Positions 1 to 13,934 of a stretch of 64,000 bases of DNA are shown here, piece after piece. The DNA is from Dendrobates tinctorius. Its lineage: Eukaryota. The first letter of the stretch is position 1, and each line of letters begins with the position of its first letter. The DNA is taken from the NCBI RefSeq assembly GCF_039654945.1, contig NW_027361832.1, positions 20,646,001 through 20,710,000 on the forward strand. Reading direction: 5' to 3'. The notes under the pieces were generated by a model. That model saw only the letters and a program-made list of their open reading frames with translations. It made no database searches and was not told the DNA's origin. The translations under genes were made by a program, and so were the position numbers.

Positions 1-410
1 GGAAGGCTGCTCGGGAAGGTAAGAATAACAATATTTTTTATTTTAAATTCTATTTTTTACAGGGATATGGTACCCAAAGCCCGGAGGACAGTCTCCTCTC
101 CTCCGGACCGTGGGTACCATCCGCAAATGTTCTGCTTACTTTCCGCATGGTGTGCACAGCCACATGCGGGAAGTAAGCGGAACAATGCATTCCTATGGGT
201 GCGGGATCTCCGCGATTCCGCAAAATTAATGAGCATGCTGCGGTTTTTACCGCAAAGCGATTCCGCCGCGGTAAAAACCGCAGCATTAGCACAGCATTGC
301 GGAATCCCATAGGAATGCATGCGATGCTTATTTTTCGCGTTTTCGCGGCAAAATCGCGCGGATAAAACCGCCGCGGAAACGCGAAAAAGACGCCACGTGT
401 GAACTCAGCC
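1..410. mobile_element. End of a PIF/Harbinger-type MITE, cut by the window edge
   Basis: CGCG/GCGG-rich imperfect palindromic body ending ...GTGTGAACTCAGCC|TTA, the same terminus style as the other TWA-flanked MITEs here. Confidence 0.55.
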
Positions 411-411
411 T

Positions 412-688
412 TACAGGAATCTTTTGATTGCAGTGATTGCCTATAAAGGTTGTGCAACAAAATATTAAGTTAAGGGTACCATCATTTCTGTCCAGGGCTA
501 TTTCATGAGTTTTATTTTTTAAAAATTCTATGGAAGCATGGTTGAAAAGCAATGTCTGACTTTCATTTGTTCATTTTCATAGATTTTTTATTTATTATTA
601 CTTTTGTCAGAATCAAGTTATTTCTGTGACCATTGTGGGGTTTTTTGTCATTAAACGAGGGGTACCAACAATTTTGGCCACGTGTGTA
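412..688 (+). mobile_element. Tc1/mariner 3' fragment (transposase C-terminus plus TIR)
   Basis: Encodes ...IAVIAYKGCATKY*, the typical Tc1 C-terminus; repeated GGTACC(A) motifs; ends GGCCACGTGTG|TA. Confidence 0.6.
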
Positions 689-1129
689 GATGGACTCACA
701 CAATGCTCAACTGAATATACTGATTATACAGCCAATTTGTGAAACCCGTGTGGAGTGTGTTTGGTGGGTGAACCTTATGTCTAGGCTGCCATGACTACGA
801 TACATAAATACTGAGTTTTATTGTATTTATACATTTTTCATTTGACTTGCCATTTTACTCCTACTCTGCATTTATAACTTGTTATTAATTATGACTTATC
901 CTTTCCGCTAGGATTATTTTTTTTTTTATCACTTACATTGGTGTTTTTCTTCTTGGTTCATCCACAAACATGTGTCAATTGTGTCCTTTGTGTTGGAACA
1001 AGCATTTTTTGTTGCTAATTTTTTCTGTCCTGCACTTCATTATCATCATTGGTTTCTGCTTTGTGCTAGTGCTTTTGAGACTCATTCTCCTCCTTTGGGT
1101 TAATGGTTTTCGGTTGATAACTTTTCTCT

Positions 1130-1660
1130 GAAAAGTAAATACATGGAGCCAGAGGAGCCAGAATACCAAGATCGTAGTTTTTCATGGATTCCTCTGTGTG
1201 TAAGGAGGGTGGACTGCAAGGTAGAATACTTGTTTGGAAGCCGTGGACTTCACAGTTATCTATTCTTACTGAATGTTCCTTTTATGACTTAAGTTTACTT
1301 CGGGACCATATATTATTTATTATGTACATGTCTTTGTGGGTCTGTATCATGGGGAAGCTTGAAGGACTATTGCTTTAGAGGTGGTGAACTGGAGGTCGGT
1401 AGACATGATGGGGAAGTTTTGTGATGATTTGGCTAGAAGATGATGATGTCTCGAGTAGATGGTGAAGAATGACCAGTAGCATTCGGAGTCTAAAATGGCT
1501 ATGCTTAGTTAGGTATTGTAGGACGTCGGTCTGCACATGTTCTCTGGAGTATGTCATCAGCATGGGTGGTTAACGTCAGTAGTGGGTTAGGGCAATGTGC
1601 TAAAACAAATGTTGGTTGGGTCCTGAATACAGGTAGAAATTCTTGTAAGGTTTGTTTGCC
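1130..1660 (-). mobile_element. Highly decayed Penelope-like ORF remnant (tentative)
   Basis: Minus ORF 1375-1563 (MTYSREH...LTKH...LPHHVYRPP) loosely resembles the PLE linker upstream of the GIY-YIG domain. Confidence 0.25.
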
Positions 1661-3277
1661 TTGTAGGTCTAAGGTGTGATCTAGCAGTGCTGTTCAGCGT
1701 TATACTGGACTGGGTGCAGCAAACAATGGGGGAGCTGGGGAAACAGAAACCTTTGAGTCAGAGCCAATGTGGAAAGTTACCCAACTGTCAGTAAGACCAA
1801 GGGTCTGTTTACCCAAACTAACGATGTACACCGACTGATCTGTACTCGATCACTCAGCACGCATAGGCTGCCATAGTTCTCGGAATAGCAAGACCTGCTT
1901 ACAGAGAATGATGCACCGCCAAGGAGGATGATCTTTTACGCTGCACAAAATATCACAATCACCCAATGGACAAGTGTTTGCCTGTTCATCGAGAGACCGG
2001 CAGCCTGTATACACAGCAAGATAACGATGAAATGAGCGTTTTTAGCAACACTTGTTCACGATTATCTTGAAATATAAATGCCCCTAAAATGTGAAGAGGA
2101 TTAAGAATTGGATTGCTTACTGAACAGTATCGGGACAGAACATGTACGAAACAGAAACCTTCAGAAGCAGAGACACATATCGGAGACAGAGTACGTTGAG
2201 AGAGGAAACACAGTGCTTGTGGTAGTCTCCAATGAAAAAGAATATGCAAATACAAACTATGTAAATGAGAAATCTTTTTGGTACATCACCACTGCAGGCA
2301 ATCACTGATCTCACTGGTCAACATGACACTTTAGTTTGAGGAGTGTTTGCATCCGTCATGTGCATGTGTAGCACATCATCAATCTTGGAAAATAAACAAA
2401 GACCCCAACAGACCTTGAGAAATGCTGTTCTGTTTTTTACATTTCCTGCAGTTAATTTTAATTCGTCAACTGTCAGACTAGTCTTTTAAAAGGGTTGTTC
2501 GGTACTTTACATTGATGGCCTATCTTTAGGGGATAGGTAATCAATATCAGATCTACAAGGGTGTGACTCCGGCATTCTTACCAATCAGTTATCACTGCCA
2601 GCAGTGGATGGATGCGCTTAATTGTGGACTGTATGGTAGCCACAGCGAGGTACTGCAGATCCATCCCTGTGCAAATGAATAGGTGTGGATGTGCAGTACA
2701 CGGCCAGTCACTATATAGTAGTGTGTTGTTCTTCTCTGCATTTGAGCGCATCTGGCCACTGCAGACACCAGGAAAAGCTAATCGCAGAGGTGCCAAGTTT
2801 CCCACACTCACCGATCTGATGTTGATCACTGTCATAGAAAACAAAATCCATAAAGTCGCTCCAAGGAGGGGGTATTCACTTACCTTCCTCTCTATCTCTG
2901 GTAGAATTTCCAGTAGGAAATAGAGCTTACATTCTAAACTTCTTTTAGTCAGATTGGTGACTCCAACCATGTCATGTTTCCTGTCTATGGAAGAGTAAAA
3001 TCCTGATAAAAATATGATGGCATCCCACATGAGGTCATCAAGGGTGGGGTATGTAACTTAGCTGCTGATAAAAGGACAAGGCAAACTATGATCTATGTTC
3101 CTGCAGAGATATACATGTCAATATTGTCAATATATGCATGATCCCATTCACTGGACGTTTCCAATCAAAGTGCTCTCCTTCGCTAAGCTGAGCCATCTCT
3201 GTGATCAGCGTAGGAGGTTTCTTTTGTTAATCCTGTATATTTTATCTGCTGTATTGTTTTGTCTGCTTTGTAAAATG

Positions 3278-3312
<35 letters not shown>

Positions 3313-4626
3313 ATAAACACCATCTGTAATTCTGGATTAAATATAAAATTTTACAGTTCTGTTCCTTTTGTTGTATAAACCACACCCCTGAAGCCATAAG
3401 CTACTTAAAACGGCGTCCAATCGGCCATAAAATGACGGGTGGTGACAGCAAGTAGTTGGGATATTGTGGAGTTAGCAGTGACCATACCAGGGTGTGTGTA
3501 TATATATTACATGCTTTAGAATCAGAGGTGTATATATCATATGCTTCATTGTTAGTTTCCCAATAACCAGCCTATTAGTGGAAACAGTCTGCATCCTCCT
3601 TCGTTAATTGTTGGTCAATCACGTAATTGTATGGATGATATGGTGCAGCAGAGAGCTGACAAAAAGATAACATATTGGGTAGCGTGAGCCTCCAGGCTAT
3701 GATCTTTGACAATCAGCGATTCTATGGATAGGCCTTCAATATGAAGTACCAATCTTTTTAAAAGGTCCACAGAACGTTATCTACCTCGGCAGTAGAGTAA
3801 AATTGCTGTTGCAGCTGATGGCAGATATCATAATATCGTTTAAGGAGAGCATCATCATTAATTTGTTTCTACCTCCTTACAGAAACATTGGGTGATAGCA
3901 TTGATGACAATCTGATAATAGTCTGAAATGTCAAACTCAGACTGAAGCGACTGTGAAATGTTTCAGAGCAGTGCACCACAAAATCTCCCATCACTGTCAC
4001 CTACTTTTCATGGCAACACCAGTGCTCTGCCCTTTTCTGTAAAAGCCCTGAGAACAATTCTCATCAGTTAAAGGTGATTGAACCTGAAGTGGCGTATTCC
4101 GTCCAATCTCTCTAGTCATCAGTGGGGAGTTCCTTTACCCTAAGGCCACTGTGGGTTGTATGATTCCTTTTTTATTGTCTGAGTAGATAACAGGTGCAGC
4201 TCGTGTGACTACAAGTCTAACACGTTTATTTTTTCAATGACCAAAGCTAAAAGGATTGTGGGACGTTTTATTTTATGACGCAAATCATTTCTATTTTTAT
4301 ATTTTCAATGTTAATGAATGTGGTAAGAAATAAAGGGATACGTTCCTTTCATGCATTTTGACCCCGTTCTGTAACTTTACATGGTCTCCACTTCGTGCCC
4401 GAGTTGCTGCGGTTCTTTCCACTTTTTAATAACACCACTGACAGCTAACAGTAGAATTAGGAGGGAAGAAGTTTCTTCACTTGATATTGAACTATGGTTA
4501 TACTAATTTGGACCATAACGTTATAAAAATGGAGCAATGGGACGTAATGAAAAACGTGAATACAGTGATTAAGACCTCTGTCCCAGTACATTTGTCCACA
4601 CAGCATACGCTCATAAGAAAGTATTA

Positions 4627-4972
4627 GGCTACGTGCACACGCTGCGGATTCCGCTGCAGTTCCGCAGCGGTTTTGGCCGCTGCGGACCCGCAGCAGTTTT
4701 AACTGCGGTGTACAGTACCATTCAAATGAATGGTAACCAAAAACCGCTGTGTAGACGGTGCGGATTTATCCGCGCGGTTTTGAAACCGCAGAAAGAATTG
4801 ACATGTCAATTCTTTCTGCGGAATCCGCAGCGGTTTCCTATCTCCACCATTGTGGAGATGGTGAAACAGCAGGGCCAAACCGCAGGCTAAACCGCAGGTC
4901 TTTTGATCTGCGGTTTTTGCAAAATCCGCGCGGATGAATCCGCAGGGGATTCCGCAGCGTCTGCACACAGCC
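4627..4972. mobile_element. PIF/Harbinger-type MITE
   Basis: TIRs GGCTACGTGCACACGCTGCGG / CGCAGCGTCTGCACACAGCC, TTA on both sides; same family as 13110-13488 in opposite orientation. Confidence 0.8.
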
Positions 4973-5271
4973 TTAGGGTCTCATTTTAGCATTAATAGAA
5001 AAGAATAGTCCACCACTATATCTTTTTCTAGTGGGTAGGGAATAAATCCATGATTTCCTGAATAATTACCAAGAAAAGGACAATGTACATGACCACTCAT
5101 TGTAAAACCTTTACTATGTAATACCAGTACACGTGGCCAGATATGTTCTTCCCTGTCCATAACAGTTGATAAGACAGTGATGGGTTTTTGGGTGCAGGCA
5201 CCAAAACATCACCTAAAATCCTGGATCTCACTTCTCATAATGTCTTATTTTGTTTTAAGAATTTACCTTTA

Positions 5272-5520
5272 CAGTGGGGGAAAAAAGCATTTAGTCAGCC
5301 ACCAATTGTGCAAGTTCTCCCACTTAAAAAGATGAGAGAGGCCTGTAATTGACATCATAAGTAGACCACAACTATGAGAGTCAAAATGAGAAAACAAATC
5401 CAGAAAATCACCTTGTCTGATTCGGCAAGATTTATTTAGCAAATTATGATGGAAAATAAGTATTTGGTCGCCTAAAAACATGCAAGATTTCTGGCTCTCA
5501 CAGACCTGTAGCTTAAGAGG
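5272..5520. mobile_element. Solo Tc1 terminal inverted repeat fragment
   Basis: TA|CAGTGGGGGAAAAAAGCATTTAGTCAG... closely resembles the TIR at 40663-40870. Confidence 0.75.
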
Positions 5521-6184
5521 CTCCTATTGTTGCCGGGTGCCGACCAGCAGATCTTGGTGGGCGCACTGAATAGGCGCCCGACATTTTTGCCCCGGAAGAT
5601 GCTAAGGGCTGGGAGACAAAGCTGGAGGGACCAGGAAACATCGCAGGTACCGGGAGGATAGGGGGACCCTCATTTCTCTCTCCTCTGATGTGGTAGATCA
5701 TATCAGATGAGAGAGAAATAAATAGGAAATTGGACTTTTTTTTTTTTTTTTTGGCAGTCGCCATTATTCCATGAATAACAGTGATCGCGACACTGGGGTC
5801 AGTAAAAAACGACCCGAATCATGTTCTCCTGGGTCTCAGTTACTCCCGGTTGCCGAGACCCCGGATATGGGGGGCGCTATAACCTTATTTCTCAGCGCCG
5901 TTAAAAAGCTGCTTTGGTGAACCCAAGCGCGCTAATAAAGGAACCGCAGAAATATTCCTATTGCATTAACGGCATCAATTTAAAACAAGATCTCATTTCA
6001 CAGTATTAAACTTATTAGATGTCTCATAGCCACATACATTTATTGTGTTTTCTGATATTTAATCTATTTCATCCTGTGACTTTTGTCAGTATCGCTGAAA
6101 GGAAGATTTCACGTGGGATTCTGAAAATATCTACATTTGATTCTTAATGAAATTGTACTTGAAGTTGCCCATGTGATCCACCGG

Positions 6185-6330
6185 NNNNNNNNNNNNNNNN
6201 NNNNNNNNNNNNNNNNNNNNNNNNNNNNNNNNNNNNNNNNNNNNNNNNNNNNNNNNNNNNNNNNNNNNNNNNNNNNNNNNNNNNNNNNNNNNNNNNNNNN
6301 NNNNNNNNNNNNNNNNNNNNNNNNNNNNNN
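6185..6330. other. Assembly gap
   Basis: Run of N. Confidence 1.
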
Positions 6331-7421
6331 AAAAAGAAAGATCTACACATTTCTTACAGATTTTCAGCCATGGAAAGCAATGTTACAAGCATTCATGACC
6401 ATAAGAACAGTGCAAACTTAACCCGAGAGGCACAACAGATAATAGAAAAAGAGCCCATTTCCTCCATCACCCATGCTGATACAGAGATGGCACCCACCCA
6501 CAGTGTATATGTATAACCCACCATACCAGTCCTGGATGTGCTGTCTATATTCAGATCCTCGATTACGGATCCTCTGTACCCTGGTCGGAGTGGCAGCAGG
6601 CGAGAAGTAGACTCAGAATAGCCTTTGCTCACTCATGCTGCCAGGGCATATAAAAGACCGGACTTAGAGTAGATTAAAAAACTAGTGTATTTGCCACATA
6701 ACTGGTCAATGGAGTGGTGAATAATGCATTTTACAGCACTTTCTTTAACAGCATAAGAGAAAAATTTAAATAAAAAAACAAAGCTAAAGGAACAAGATGT
6801 GCAGTGCGGACATATACAAACATCTACATATAGTCACAGAGAGAATCTACTGTGCTGGGTAAGAAGCAATACTCTACCCGGAGGAAGGCTCTCTTAGGTC
6901 ATTAGTCTCACACATCCAGCTGTTCTGTGGAGTATTGACTTCTGTCTGTTCTTTACATTCCTTTCCAGTCGGTTTGTACACTTGTACTATGGTCCTAGCA
7001 ACTGAACCCTGAGTGAGTATGTCTCGCAGGAGTAATAGGCAGTACACGATTTATCAGAGCCTCCATGTTTCCTCCCACTGGGGCCATCAGTCCCATAGAG
7101 AAGCGTTACCTAGTCCTGGAGTCACTAAATTCCATCTCTTACTTTTCTCAGATGGATTCTTGAGACGTCAGATCTGTTTATTGCTAGTGTAACTTTTCTT
7201 CTATTTAGCTATGTCACGTTTCGGATTAGACCTTTGTATGAATCTACAGTGAAGTCAATTGCCTCCCTAATAACTAGGTGCATTTTGCATTAAATAGTAG
7301 TTATTAAATGGGAACTGTCCTTTCAAACAACTTCAGAGAAAAATGAAGCAACAAGTCACGGCACATATACTAGGTATATAAAAATAATTAACTCAAGAGT
7401 GACTATAATCAGTACTGGGGT

Positions 7422-8410
7422 ATAATAATAAAAATTTTTATTTCTATAGCGCCGACATATTCCGCAGCACTTTACATTACAGAGGGGACTTGTACAGACG
7501 ATAGACATTACAGCATAACAATAATCACATAGATCATAACAGATACCAAGAGGAATGAGGGTCCTGCTCGCAAGCTTACAATCTATGAGGAAAAAAAAAA
7601 GGAGACACGAAAGGTGGGTGGTAACAGTTGCCCTGATTGTATGGACCAGCCATAATGTTAAGTGTGTAACAGTACAGATGCAGAGGGCTAATGGACTCAT
7701 AAAGCATGTGGGAACATGATGTGGGGAACCTGGTTATGGTAAAACTTTTGGCTGTGCCACACAGGGATAGATTAGGTTAATGTATGGAGGCGGTAGGCCA
7801 GTCTGAGTAAATGCGGTTTCAGGGCACGCTTAAAATTGTAGGGATTGGGGACTAATCGTATTGACCTGGGAAGTGCATTCCAAAGAATTGGCGCAGCACG
7901 TGTATAGTCTTGGAGACGGGAGTGGGAGGTTCTGATTATTGAGGATGCTAACCTCAGGTCATCAGCAGAACGGAGGGTGCGGGTAGGGTGGTATACTGAA
8001 ACATGGGAGGAGATGGGTGGTGCTGAGCCGTGGAGGGCTTTGTGGGTGAGGGTAATAAGTTTGTACTGGATTCTGGAGTGGATGGGTAGCCAGTGTAATG
8101 ACTGGCACAAGGTAGAGGCATCGATGTAACGATTGGCGAGGAATATGATCCTTGCTGCAGCATTCAAGACAGATTGGAGGGGGGAAGTTTGGTAAGAGGG
8201 AGACCGATTAGAAGAGAGTTACAATAGTCCAGACGAGAATGAATAAGAGAAACAGTAAGAGTTTTTGCGGAGCCAAAAGTAAGAAAAGGTCGAATTCTAG
8301 AAATGTTTTTGAGGTGCAGATAACAAGAGCGAGCCAGTGATCGTATGTGGGGGGCAAAGGAAAGCTCGGAATCAAGTATGACCCCAAGACAGCGGGCATG
8401 TTGCTGGGGT
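7422..8410 (-). mobile_element. L2-clade LINE 3' fragment (RT C-terminus plus 3' tail), decayed
   Basis: ORFs with ARCLGVILDSELSF, LIHSRLDYCNSLL and LHWLPIHSRIQYK...LWNALP; (TTA)n-type tail at about 7422-7440. Confidence 0.9.
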
Positions 8411-8415
8411 ATATA

Positions 8416-9850
8416 CAGTGGGGAATATAAGTATTTGATGCACTGCCAATCTTGCAAGTTTTCCCACCTACAAAGAATGGAGAATCTTGTAATTAGTATT
8501 GTAGGTACACTTCACCTGTGAGAGACAGAATCTAAAAAAATCCAGAAAATCACAATATAAGATTTTGACAAAACTAGTGTACATTTTATTGCAATAAAAA
8601 AATCATTTGATACAATATAAAGACAGAAAGCAATATTTGGCACAAAAACCTTTGATTGCAATTACAGAGGTCAGACGTTTCCTGTAGTTCTTGAACTGGT
8701 TCATACACAGCACTGCAAGGATTTTGGCCCACTCCTCCATACAGATCTTTCAGGTTTCGGGGCTGTTGCTGGACATTTTCATTTCAGCTCCCTCCAAAGA
8801 TTTTCTATTGGTTCAGGTCTGGAGACCGGCTAGGCCACTGCAGGACCTTGAAATGCTTCTTATGGAGTTACTCCTTACGGAGTTACTCCTTAGTTGCCCT
8901 GGCTGTGTGTTTCAGGTCATTGTCTTGCTGGAAGACCCAGCCACAACCCATCTTCAATGCTCTTACTGAGGGAAGGAGGTTGTTGACCAAAATCTCACAA
9001 TACATGACCCCATCCATCCTCCATTCAATACGGTGCATTGATCCTGTCCCCTTTGCAGAAAAGTACCCCCAAAGTATGATGTTTCCCCACTAAGCTTAAC
9101 GGTTGGGACAGTGTTTTTGGTGTTGTACTCATCCTTTTTCCTCCGAACATGGCGAGAGTTGACACCAAATAGTTCAATTTTGGTGTCATCTGACCACATG
9201 ACCTTCTCCCATGCCTACTCTGGATCATCCAGATGGTCATTCGTGAATTTCAAATGAGCCTGGACATGTGCTGGCGTGAGCAAGGGGAACTACAGTAGAG
9301 TGCCCTGCAGGATTTAAATCTATGACAATGTAGTGTGATAGTAATGGTAATGCTTGAGACTGTGGTCCCAGCTCTCTTCAGGTCATTGACCAAATTCTCC
9401 TGTGTAGTTCTGGGCTGATTCCTGACCTTTCTCAGAATCATCCTTACCACATGAGGTGAGATCTCGCATGGAGCCTCACACCGAGGAAGATTGATAGTTA
9501 TCTTGTGTTTTTTCCATTTTCTATTAATTGCAGTAACAGTTGTTGCCTATCGCCCTGTAGCCCATCCCAGCCTTGTGCAGGTCTACAATTTTGTCCCTGG
9601 TGTCATTAGACCGCTCTTTGCTTTTGGCCATGGTGGAGAGGTTTGAGTCTGATTGATTGTGTGGACAGGTGTCTTTTATACAGGAAACAAGTTCAAACAG
9701 GTACAAATAATACAGGTAATGATTGCAGAGTAGGAGGGCTTCTTAAAGAAAAACTAATAGGTCTGTGAGAACCAGAATTCTTGATGGTTGGTAGGTGATC
9801 AAACACTTATTTCATGCAATAAAATGCAATTTATTTAAAAACCATAAAAT
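8416..9850 (-). mobile_element. Decayed Tc1 (DD34E-type) transposon
   Basis: TA|CAGTGGG terminus; fragments [33 protein letters not shown] and NTVPTVK with frameshifts; far TIR cut by the LTR at 9852. Confidence 0.9.
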
Positions 9851-9851
9851 A

Positions 9852-11405
9852 TGTTACACATGCAGGTAGCGCACGTGGTTCATGGACGCACTGCGCCATG
9901 AAAAGGACCTGTCCTCGAGGGGTGTAACTAGGCAGCTACATTAGGGGTGTTCACTGGAGCCTCTAGTGGTGAGCTTAGGCTTGTGCAGCACGTAGCTGCT
10001 AGGTGCCACTCCAGGGCAATGTCCAGCAGTAGCTGTTGACCCCAAGGGTCTAAGCCATTTATTCAGATTCCTAGATAGGGCAGGACAACTTCTAGCACTG
10101 GTTCATACTGTGCAGATGGGACGGCCACAGGGACAGCTTAGACACACTGGTCTCAGAAAACAGATTATGTACCGCCGATGCGGTTTTCATGGTAAGGACA
10201 TCACCGAAGCAGTCATTGAAACAAGGGTTAACTATACAGGACTAACGGGTCACAGGATACGGGAACAAGTTTAGCACACTAGACACAGGGACCTAGCAAC
10301 ATACAGCTGCACACACCAAACTGATTGCTCATAAATGGGTTGCTCAGGCACCTCCCTATTGGGGAGGGTGCTTTTTATACAAGATGTCTCCCAGTGATTG
10401 GCTGAGCGACATCTTGCAGGTGAACGCATTACTAAATGCCTCCCAACTGTTTGTTAGCTGGGGGGATTTACCATGTGCGCACACTGCCCCTTTAAGAACA
10501 GGCACACCGCTGAGACAGTGTGGCGTGCACACCAGAAAGTGACAGAAGGAAGGATCATGCCAGGAACCATGCCGAGGTCCAAGGCAGCGAGTACACCAGC
10601 GTCCCTGCAAGGGTGGGAGAAGGGGACACTATGCAGAGGTCCCAACAAATCAGCAATAGCACTACAGTACCCCCCTTTATGTCCCCTCTTCTTCAAGCCC
10701 TTGTGGACTTTCTGAAGACAAATTGGAGGCCAACACTTCATCATGGACTGACTCAACTTCTCATCAAGTCCAAGACTTCTATCCACTAGAAGAAAAGTGA
10801 CATCTCTCACCATCTTCACTGCTAGGATGCTTCTTTCCATTAAGCCATCAGCATATGATGAAGCAGGCATAGTACCAGCAACTGGGCATTGGAAAGTCTG
10901 TTTGTTGAGATCAGGAACCACCCCAGAGGATTCAAGAACTGACTGGAATGCCTCTGTCTTGTTGGTGGATTACAGAAACTTGCAAGATGCCTCTGCCTTG
11001 ATGTTCTCTTCTCCAGACCTACAAGAGACTGAAGATACCTGCTTAGGTCCTGTCTTCAGCCTGGTCTCCTAGACAACACGTCTATGAGGCAAGGAGGTTC
11101 CCGGAGACAGATACTTGCCACCATCATTTGGAATGTATAAATCGCCTCCACTTCCCTTCTTTTGGAGAAGCCAGCACACAGCGGGTCGGTGACCAGTAAC
11201 CTGGTGGAGAAGATGGCAACACTGCTGACTGACCTGGACGCATGGGGACCAAACACCTTTTGTGACTCGGCTGTCCCCAACAAAGCACCACCCGGGGTCT
11301 CCAGACTAGAACGAGCACTCGACTTCTCAGAACTTGACTTCTGGACATACCAGTGAGCATTTGGAGGGCAATCTTCTCTGTGTGTACTGCTCATATCTGA
11401 AGCTC
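9852..11405 (-). mobile_element. Ty3/Gypsy chromovirus-like deletion remnant: 3' LTR 9852-10666, PPT and decayed internal part
   Basis: On minus, purine tract AAGAAGAGGGGACATAAAGGGGGG followed by a TGT...ACA LTR of about 815 bp; upstream peptide ERSILAVKMVRDVTFLLVD...GLKKRGHKGG resembles a decayed integrase chromodomain. Confidence 0.65.
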
Positions 11406-11408
11406 GAA

Positions 11409-11770
11409 GGTTAGTTTCACACTAGTGTATCTTCACGCAGCGCACGGCGCCGCTAAGCCCCGCCCCCTGCGGTAATCTCCTCCCTACTATCGCACAGCGC
11501 TGCATGCGATCTGCGTACCCTATCTTTAGCATAGGGTGTGCTGACCGTGCCCTAGTAGGATTTTTGCGTGCGCTGCGCACTTTTGAAGGTGCGCCGAGCG
11601 CACCAAAATGCAACATGGTGCGTTCGGTGCACCTTCAAAAGTGCGCAGCGCACGCAAAAATCCTACTAGCGCACGGTCAGCGCACCCTATGCTAAAGATA
11701 GGGTGCGCAGATCGCATGCAGCGCTGTGCGATAGTAGGGAGATGACCGCAGGGGGCGCGGCTTAGCGGCT
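11409..11770. mobile_element. Harbinger-type palindromic MITE (one end truncated)
   Basis: GGTTAGTTTCACACTAG terminus; near-perfect internal fold-back at about 11450-11770. Confidence 0.7.
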
Positions 11771-13109
11771 GAGGGTAATAGTTACTCAGGAATATTAAAA
11801 TGGAAAATAGTGCTAAAAGAGTCAAAAGCCAACAATCGCAGGTAGGGTGATACATAACTCATAATAAATATATACACAAAAAGCTACATTAAATCCATCA
11901 CAACACAGCTAAAGTCGTACAGCTATATGAAACAAAAAAAAGTCATGAGTAAGAAAGGGGATCCCTGGTACAGGTGACGACGCAAGACTGCGGAGGGGTT
12001 TCCTGATTTTCTTCTTTCAAGCTTCTGTGTGCAGCGAGGATTCGTCATAGTCTGCCACAGGAACGGCGGTAAAGTATGTGATCACAGAGACTACAGACTT
12101 GTCATTTTAGACTGCACAACCCCTTTAAAAATAAGCCCAGAATTATTTTTCATGTTCAGAAATCAATAATTCCAATCCAATGACAACAGAAGCTGATAAG
12201 TATGACCGGCTTCGGAGGTAACATCAACCAGAATCAGGACAGATGAAATGCATATCGTTAAATCAGAGAGAGAAAATACCTCATTAGCAACATTTCATTA
12301 AAAGAATACGAGGAATGTGGTAACATTATATTTCTATGCCTTTCTCTTGGTATGTTGCTTTAATTAGTCTAAACAGTAGGGGCTTAGAAAGATGTTATGT
12401 CTTTGGACCCATCGCTAGAGACAGGCAACCTCTCAATTACAGATGGTCATTAGTTGTGTATACTTTCAGCCACTAGGTGTCACTCCAGGACAGTTTTCTG
12501 CAAATTGATAACTTGTGCAGCCGTGTGGATATAATTTTTGTAATTTGCGCATTTGCAACTTTCTCATTACCAAGTATCAATTCTTATCTATGATCCAATC
12601 AAAAGCAGAGACTTTCATTCTACCTAATTTACAGGAAGGAGTTATAGTGAACTGTTCAGATACACTTTGCTTAAAGAATCTGATTATGCAGCGTTTCTAT
12701 AGTTCTACCTATATATTGTAGCCCAGAAAACAACATTCTAATAAGTAACGGACAAAGTTATTTTCAGGTCAGGTGATAAACTCTCCTGTAGCACAGTCAC
12801 GGGGGTTCCGTGACAGAGCGTGCTCTCCTCTAGTTCAGGGGTCAGAAGATCGTGGTGTCTTATTATTTAATGCAAATTTAATATGAGTTTTCATGTCCAA
12901 TGGGTTTTGTTTTGGTTTACTATTTTGCAGAATTTTTCTGTTGATTTCTTATCCCTGTGCTGTGAGAAAAACAAGCTGTATACTCACCTGTCATAAAATC
13001 AATGTAGGATTTCTATTTATGATATGTTGTTTTTTTTATTTACCATTATTTGCTATTATTTACAAACACTGAAAAACCCCTGTATATCACATTTACTAAA
13101 GATGTCTAA

Positions 13110-13488
13110 GGCTGTGTGCACACGCTGCGGAAAAGGTGCGGATTCATCCGCGCGGATTTTGTACAATCCGCAGGTGAAACCGCAGGTCAAAAGACCTGCG
13201 GTTTTACCTGCGGATTGCTCTGCGGTTTTGCCCTGCGGTTTTTCATCTCCTCAATGGAGGAGATGGCAAACCGCAGGAGAATCCGCAGAAAGAATTGACA
13301 TGTCAATTCTTTCTGCGGATTGAAAACCGCAGATAATCCGCGCGGAAAATTCCGCACCGTCTGCACTGCGGTTTTTGATTCCCATAGGGAATCATTGTAC
13401 TGTACACCGCAGCAGAAACTGCTGCGGGTCCGCAGCGGCCAAAACCGCTGCGGAACCGCAGCAAAATCCGCAGCGTGTGCACACAGCC
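13110..13488. mobile_element. PIF/Harbinger-type MITE
   Basis: TAA|GGCTGTGTGCACACGCTGCGG ... CGCAGCGTGTGCACACAGCC|TAA. Confidence 0.85.
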
Positions 13489-13934
13489 TAACAGACAGTG
13501 TAAACTCCAGGCAGTGTGCAGATTGACGAATGTATCATAGCGGCACACATTTGGCCTTTTTCTCATACCTGGCTTACTAGAAACTATTTATATGACAGGT
13601 GCGGTCCCCAGGTGGATTCTCCCTGCCACATTGCAAATGACTGAAAGGTCCCTATGTACACATGGAAGAGGAACGCACTGGACTAGTCATGTCTCTACCT
13701 ATATTCCCTGCCTGGCTTTTCAAACTACGTTTTCTCTGAAATGTGAAATCGTTTCATTTTAAAACACACCTGGCGTAGATTCTGCTTCACGCTGCCAGTG
13801 GTTTAGCGGTTCTAATGACGGTTTTCCTTTAAAGTAACTTTAAAATGGCAAATTTCTCCAGGTTGATGGCTGCTCTTCATGACATTGACTGGAGCAGCTA
13901 CTTTAAGATGGTGAGGCACATTATAAATGTGAGT

